IMG/VR virus record: IMGVR_UViG_3300027782_000116
Span: 1-52,208 of that record
Direction: 5' to 3' (one strand)
Source: a virus
Taxonomy: Duplodnaviria > Caudoviricetes
DNA: 52,208 bases
Made by a program: the position numbers and the translations under genes
The notes under the pieces: model-generated
What the model saw: only the letters and a program-made list of their open reading frames with translations
What the model was told of the DNA's origin: nothing
Database searches by the model: none
Shown: piece after piece, positions 47,392 to 52,208 of the stretch
Position numbering within the stretch: the first letter of the stretch is position 1
Layout of the letters: the number at the start of each line of letters is the position of its first letter

Positions 47392-48243
47392 ATGTCAACA
47401 TTTGATGCAGTACTGGCGCAGTACGAAAAAAACAGTCAATCTAACAACTCTACCCAAAGAGTAAGCAGCGAAGAGCGCTTAAAAAAGTATTTTGCCCCAA
47501 TTTTACAGAAGGGTGAAGCTTCAGGAAACAAAACAATCAGAATTATCCCAACTAAAGATGGTACTACACCATTTGTTGAGGTTTACTTCCACGAAGTACA
47601 AGTTGATGGTAAATGGGTTAAATTATATGACCCAAGCCAAAACGGTACAATCTCAGGTGTTAAATCACCATTAAACGATGTTTACAGGGCGTTACAAATG
47701 ACAGGTAGCGAAGCTGATAAGACTTTGTCTTATGGTTACAAACCAAGAAAATTTTATATCGTTAAAGTTATTGATCGTGAGAACGAGCAAGACGGGCCTA
47801 AATTTTGGAGATTCAAACACAGTGCTAAAAAAGACGGTGTGTTGGATAAAATCGTTTCATTGTGGAAAATTAAAGGAGACATCACAGATCCAACAACAGG
47901 ACGTGATTTAACAATCTCTTTGAATTTATCTAGAAAGCCAAATGGTGGTGAGTACACGACTATTACTGCTATCTTCCCTGATGATGCGGCTCCTTTAAGC
48001 ACAAATGAAGATAAGCAAGCGGAATGGTTAAACGAACCTACAACTTGGGAAGATGTTTATGCTAAGAAGCCTGTAGAATACTTAGAAGGCGTTGCTCAAG
48101 GATTTGTTCCAACATGGAGTACAGCGGCTAAAAAATACGTATGGGGTGAAGAAGCAGAATTGGTAATCGGTGCACCACAATCAGCGGCAGCACCAGTAGA
48201 TCCACAAGCAGAAGAAATTGCTGATGAAGACTTACCGTTCTAA
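47392..48243 (+). CDS. Single-stranded DNA-binding protein (gp32-like)
   Basis: IRIIP....TPFVEVYFH, PRKFYIVKVIDR, GPKFWRF, DITDPTTGRDL, acidic tail EDLPF. Confidence 0.85.
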   Translation: MSTFDAVLAQYEKNSQSNNSTQRVSSEERLKKYFAPILQKGEASGNKTIRIIPTKDGTTPFVEVYFHEVQVDGKWVKLYDPSQNGTISGVKSPLNDVYRALQMTGSEADKTLSYGYKPRKFYIVKVIDRENEQDGPKFWRFKHSAKKDGVLDKIVSLWKIKGDITDPTTGRDLTISLNLSRKPNGGEYTTITAIFPDDAAPLSTNEDKQAEWLNEPTTWEDVYAKKPVEYLEGVAQGFVPTWSTAAKKYVWGEEAELVIGAPQSAAAPVDPQAEEIADEDLPF

Positions 48244-48254
48244 TTAAGATGTTT

Positions 48255-48306
48255 GAGGGCCCTTGTCTAAATTTTGGGTAAAGGGAGACAGGGTGCCCTC
48301 TTTTTT
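48255..48306 (+). terminator. Hairpin/terminator between ssb and uvsX
   Basis: GAGGGC-CCTTGTCT...AGACAGGG(T)GCCCTC followed by TTTTTT. Confidence 0.65.
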
Positions 48307-48319
48307 AAAAAAAAATATT

Positions 48320-49306
48320 ATGGCTATAAAAAAAACAGACTTTTCGGCAATAAAGAATAAATTTTCTAAAGAAGCAGAATATAAGGCAGACCGATTCTTT
48401 GATTTAGGTGATGCTTTTTTAGATGCAACAGGTATTCCCGGCCCAGCAATGGGTCATATTAATATGTTATTAGGTCATAGTGATACTGGTAAAACAACTG
48501 CCTTAGTTAAGGCGGCTGTAGATGCTCAGAAAAAAAATATCGTTCCTGTTTTTATTATTACAGAACAAAAATGGAATTGGGAGCATGCTGAGTTAATGGG
48601 ATTCGACAAAAATGGTGATTACCTTTTTAATAGTGATTTTGAATATATTGAACAAATCACAGATTATATCAATGAATTAATTGCTGCGCAAGACAAAGGT
48701 GATATTCCGCATGATTTATTATTCCTTTGGGATTCAGTTGGTTCTGTTCCTTGTAAGATGACTTTTGATGGTAAAGGTGGTAAACAACACAATGCATCAG
48801 TTTTATCTGACAAAATTGGTATGGGGATTAACCAACGTATATCTGGATCAAGAAGAACAGATAAACCTTATACAAACACATTGATTATCGTTAACCAACC
48901 ATGGGTTGAATTACCGGACAATCCATTTGGACAACCAAAAATTAAAGCTAAAGGTGGTGAGGCTATTTGGTTAAACTCAACATTAGTATTTTTATTTGGT
49001 AATCAAAAAGGTGCCGGTACTACTAAGATTAAAATCACTCGTAATAAGAGAGATGTGAACTTTGCTAGTAGAACTAAAATCTCTATCATGAAAAACCACG
49101 TAAATGGTTTAGGTTTTGCGGATGGTAAGATTATGGTTACACCTCATGGTTTTATGAAAGCAAAAGAAGCAGCCGAAGAAAAAATATCTATTCAGGAGTA
49201 TGCAAAAGAAAATTTAGACTATATCAGTAAATTGTTCGGAGAGAAAGTTGCTGATATTAGTGAACTTGGATTCAAAGTGGAAACCTCGTCAGAAGATGAC
49301 GAATAA
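48320..49306 (+). CDS. RecA/UvsX-like recombinase
   Basis: GHSDTGKTT Walker A, WDSVGS Walker B, IIVNQ, KGGEA; start moved to ATG 48320 after the hairpin. Confidence 0.9.
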   Translation: MAIKKTDFSAIKNKFSKEAEYKADRFFDLGDAFLDATGIPGPAMGHINMLLGHSDTGKTTALVKAAVDAQKKNIVPVFIITEQKWNWEHAELMGFDKNGDYLFNSDFEYIEQITDYINELIAAQDKGDIPHDLLFLWDSVGSVPCKMTFDGKGGKQHNASVLSDKIGMGINQRISGSRRTDKPYTNTLIIVNQPWVELPDNPFGQPKIKAKGGEAIWLNSTLVFLFGNQKGAGTTKIKITRNKRDVNFASRTKISIMKNHVNGLGFADGKIMVTPHGFMKAKEAAEEKISIQEYAKENLDYISKLFGEKVADISELGFKVETSSEDDE

Positions 49307-49316
49307 AAAGAAGTAA

Positions 49317-50333
49317 ATGTCTGTATTACTTGTCGATGGTGACAATTTATTAACTATCGGTTTTACTGCCCTAAAGAATTACTTCTATAAAGGCGAACAT
49401 ATTGGTGGAATTTATCACTTCTTGAATACTTTAAGTAGATCATTTGAAACCTATCAGCTTGACAAAATTTGTGTTTTTTGGGATGGGGAAAACTCATCTC
49501 AAGAACGCAAAAAGATCTATCATCTTTACAAGGATAATAGAAGGTCAGATAGAATGTCTGAAGAGGAAAAAAACTCCTACACTTACCAAAGAAATAGAAT
49601 CAAGCAATACCTTGAGGAACTATACGTTCGTCAGGGAGAATTTGCTAACTGTGAATCTGACGATTGCATAGCATTTTATACGCAAAACTCTAAAGAAGAT
49701 AAAAAAATAATTTATTCTTCAGACAGAGATTTAGCGCAATTGGTTAAAAAAGATGTTTCTATATATAACCCATCACACAGAAGGTTATATGAAAAAAATG
49801 ACACAATTGAATATGATCACGAACCAATATTGATTGAAAACGTAAAAATAGTTAAGATTCTTTGTGGTGACCCATCAGACAATATATATGGAATTAAAAA
49901 TCTCGGAATTAAAAGGTTGATCAGTATTGTTCCTGAAATTAGAACTACCCCATTAACTGTACAAGATGTTAGAAATAAAAGTAATTTATTGTTTGAAGAA
50001 GACAAGCATAACAAGCTTATTCAAAACTTCATTACCGGCGTGACTAAATTGGGTGTATTTGGAGAAGAATTTTTTGAAATAAATAATAAGATAGTTTGCC
50101 TAGACGAGCCGATATTAACCGAAGAGGCAAGAGATATAATAAAGTCATTAATAAGCGAAAATATGGACTCTGAAGGCCGTTCATATAAGAACTGTATGAA
50201 GATGATGATGGAAGACGGAATATTCACCGTTTTACCAAAAGGTGATAACGCTTTGAATAAGTTTTTAAACCCGTTTTTAAGGCTAACGCAGATAGAAAAA
50301 AATAAAAAAAAAATAATAAAATTTAAAATTTAA
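49317..50333 (+). CDS. 5'-3' exonuclease / T4 RNase H-like flap nuclease
   Basis: LLVDGDN, WDG, YKDNR, ESDDCI, SSDRDLAQL, GDPSDNIYGIKNLG. Confidence 0.92.
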   Translation: MSVLLVDGDNLLTIGFTALKNYFYKGEHIGGIYHFLNTLSRSFETYQLDKICVFWDGENSSQERKKIYHLYKDNRRSDRMSEEEKNSYTYQRNRIKQYLEELYVRQGEFANCESDDCIAFYTQNSKEDKKIIYSSDRDLAQLVKKDVSIYNPSHRRLYEKNDTIEYDHEPILIENVKIVKILCGDPSDNIYGIKNLGIKRLISIVPEIRTTPLTVQDVRNKSNLLFEEDKHNKLIQNFITGVTKLGVFGEEFFEINNKIVCLDEPILTEEARDIIKSLISENMDSEGRSYKNCMKMMMEDGIFTVLPKGDNALNKFLNPFLRLTQIEKNKKKIIKFKI

Positions 50334-50338
50334 AAATT

Positions 50339-50782
50339 ATGAACATTCAAGAACAAAATAAATTCGAATTTTTGTTAACTTTGGACGGCAACATTATTTG
50401 CCAACGATTTTTTAATGTAAGAGATTACAACCCGAGAGCAAGGCGATCTATGGATTTACACGAAGAAGTAAAAATTATTTGTTACGAAATTTCCGAAGAT
50501 TTGAAAAATAAAAGTTCCGATTATCTAGTCGAAAATCAAAATTTTTTCATGAATACCGAGTTTGTGGAAGATCCAAAAGAAGCTGAAGAACAATATTTTT
50601 TATTGCAAATCAAGCAAGGTGACGACGTATTTATTGAAAGGATCTTTCCAGCGCATTACTACCACCCAAAGGTTAGATATGCGGTTGACATTCGACCAAA
50701 GCTTAGAAAGATTCTTAACAATTTAACTGAGATATTGTCTATGGATGAGCCAGAAACAATGTATCTTCACTATGAATTGTAA
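50339..50782 (+). CDS. Hypothetical protein in the replication operon
   Basis: 147 aa ORF between the nuclease and helicase genes. Confidence 0.75.
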   Translation: MNIQEQNKFEFLLTLDGNIICQRFFNVRDYNPRARRSMDLHEEVKIICYEISEDLKNKSSDYLVENQNFFMNTEFVEDPKEAEEQYFLLQIKQGDDVFIERIFPAHYYHPKVRYAVDIRPKLRKILNNLTEILSMDEPETMYLHYEL

Positions 50783-50815
50783 AAAAACAACTATCACAAT
50801 TAAAATAAAATAAAA

Positions 50816-52201
50816 ATGGACGAAAAGAATTTTGGATATCTAGGAACAGGGTTCCAGCAAGAATTAATAAAAACTATAGTAGAAGATAGAAAATACGCAG
50901 AAACAATTATAGATGTAATCGATAGCCGTTACTTTGAAAATAATGGTTTTAGATTTATTATGGAGAACTTAAAAGAGTTCTACACAGCATATAACACTAT
51001 TCCATCATACGAAGCGCTAAAACAAAAAATCGTATCTGAAAACGCTAAAGAAACGGCGGTAAGGATGCATTTGGATACTTTAGATACTATTAGAGATTTA
51101 GTTCCTAAAAGCTCACAAGCGTTCATTAAAGACAAAACATTAAACTTCTGTAAGCAACAATTACTGAAGAAAGCATTAAAAGAAGTTGAAACTATCAATA
51201 ACGAAGGTCAATTTGAAGATTATCACAAAATTGAAAAGATCATTCAGACAGCTATGCAAGTCGGGGAAAACTCGCATGACGCTCAGGATGTATTTGAAAA
51301 TATTGAAGAGGCTTTACAAAAAGACAATAGACACCCAGTACCGACAGGTATAAACGGAATCGACGAGTTATTGAAAGGTGGATTAGGTAGAGGTGAATTA
51401 GGTGTTGTATTGGCACCAACTGGTACAGGTAAAACCACATTACTGACTAAATTTTCAAATAGCGCATATAATGACGGTTATAATGTTGTTCAGATCTTCT
51501 TTGAAGATAATGTTAATAACATTAAGCGCAAGCACTTTACAATTTGGTCAGGTATTTCTCCTGATAATCAACCAGACAACCACGAACAAGTTACAGAGAT
51601 GGTGACAGATGCACAAAACAGATCTAAAGGCCAACTTAAATTATTAAAGTTACCAAGTGATTCTGTGACTATGTCAGAAATAAAATCTAAATTAAGAAAG
51701 ATTATTGCTGATGGTTTTAAAATAGATTTACTAACTTTAGACTATGTTGATTGTATCAGCCCTGAAAAAACGAATTATAATGAGGAGTGGAAAGGTGATG
51801 GTGCTATCATGAGACAATTAGAATCTATGACATCAGAATTTGATATTGCTATTTGGACAGCTACTCAAGGTAATCGTGAATCGATTAAAAGTGAGGTTGT
51901 GACTACAGATCAAATGGGTGGTTCTATTAAGAAGGCACAAATTGGTCATGTAGTTATATCTATTGGTAAAACGTTAGAACAAAAAGAACATAATTTAGGT
52001 ACGATATCGTTACTTAAATCACGTATAGGTAAAGATGGTGTTATCTTCCAAAACTGTAAATTCAATAACGAATTCCTCGAAATTGATACAGAAACTCAAA
52101 GCACTCTTTTAGGTTATAAGAATGACCAAGAAGAAGATAAGAAAAATAGAGCGGTAGAAGCATATCGTGCAGCTCAAGCAAAAAATTTACTACTTAAATA
52201 A
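50816..52201 (+). CDS. Replicative DnaB-like helicase (gp41-like)
   Basis: PTGI..IDELLKGGL.RGEL, APTGTGKTT, LDYVD, WTATQGNR, LKSRIG. Confidence 0.93.
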   Translation: MDEKNFGYLGTGFQQELIKTIVEDRKYAETIIDVIDSRYFENNGFRFIMENLKEFYTAYNTIPSYEALKQKIVSENAKETAVRMHLDTLDTIRDLVPKSSQAFIKDKTLNFCKQQLLKKALKEVETINNEGQFEDYHKIEKIIQTAMQVGENSHDAQDVFENIEEALQKDNRHPVPTGINGIDELLKGGLGRGELGVVLAPTGTGKTTLLTKFSNSAYNDGYNVVQIFFEDNVNNIKRKHFTIWSGISPDNQPDNHEQVTEMVTDAQNRSKGQLKLLKLPSDSVTMSEIKSKLRKIIADGFKIDLLTLDYVDCISPEKTNYNEEWKGDGAIMRQLESMTSEFDIAIWTATQGNRESIKSEVVTTDQMGGSIKKAQIGHVVISIGKTLEQKEHNLGTISLLKSRIGKDGVIFQNCKFNNEFLEIDTETQSTLLGYKNDQEEDKKNRAVEAYRAAQAKNLLLK

Positions 52202-52208
52202 AAAACAA

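Noticed and set aside
19186-52201. Inteins, introns or homing endonucleases in PolB, SNF2, RecA or DnaB
   Set aside because: Proteins are of normal length with contiguous motifs; no intein splice-junction or LAGLIDADG/HNH signatures noticed
1-52208. Alternative genetic code, tRNA or rRNA genes
   Set aside because: Long genes are intact under code 11, with TAA, TAG and TGA all used as stops; intergenic gaps are short and show no cloverleaf or T-loop motif by eye

Overview
AT-rich, densely coding segment of a large T4-like myovirus (jumbo-type Caudoviricetes) genome that uses the standard code. It carries tail/neck morphogenesis genes (neck, tail terminator, sheath, tube, tail assembly chaperone, tape measure, giant baseplate proteins, fibre/adhesin genes), a replication module (PolB, SNF2 helicase, gp32-like SSB, UvsX/RecA, 5'-3' nuclease, DnaB/gp41) and a gp55-like late sigma factor. 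Auxiliary genes include three glycosyltransferases, PhoH, dUTPase, a heme oxygenase + PcyA/PcyX-like bilin reductase cassette, a Dps/ferritin-like protein and a WYL protein. Lack of Shine-Dalgarno motifs, TTTG-N19/20-TAnnTTTG-like promoters and a DUF4494-like gene suggest a Bacteroidota host (inference). The most interesting candidates are: (1) a putative virion-glycosylation system, with an [S/T]-G-x-T motif enriched in surface-exposed structural proteins, mucin-like PT/GSS linkers and three GTs; (2) a bilin-synthesis cassette in an apparently non-cyanobacterial phage, whose heme oxygenase has an unusual distal helix; (3) a ubiquitin-like protein without GG in the fibre cluster; (4) a WYL protein that looks virion-packaged; (5) a parS-like palindrome and a TAGTA-repeat antisense unit near the tube gene; (6) a +1 (UUU CGU) frameshift in the tail chaperone; (7) a TATTTAT late promoter. 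All family assignments were made by eye from motifs; no searches were run.
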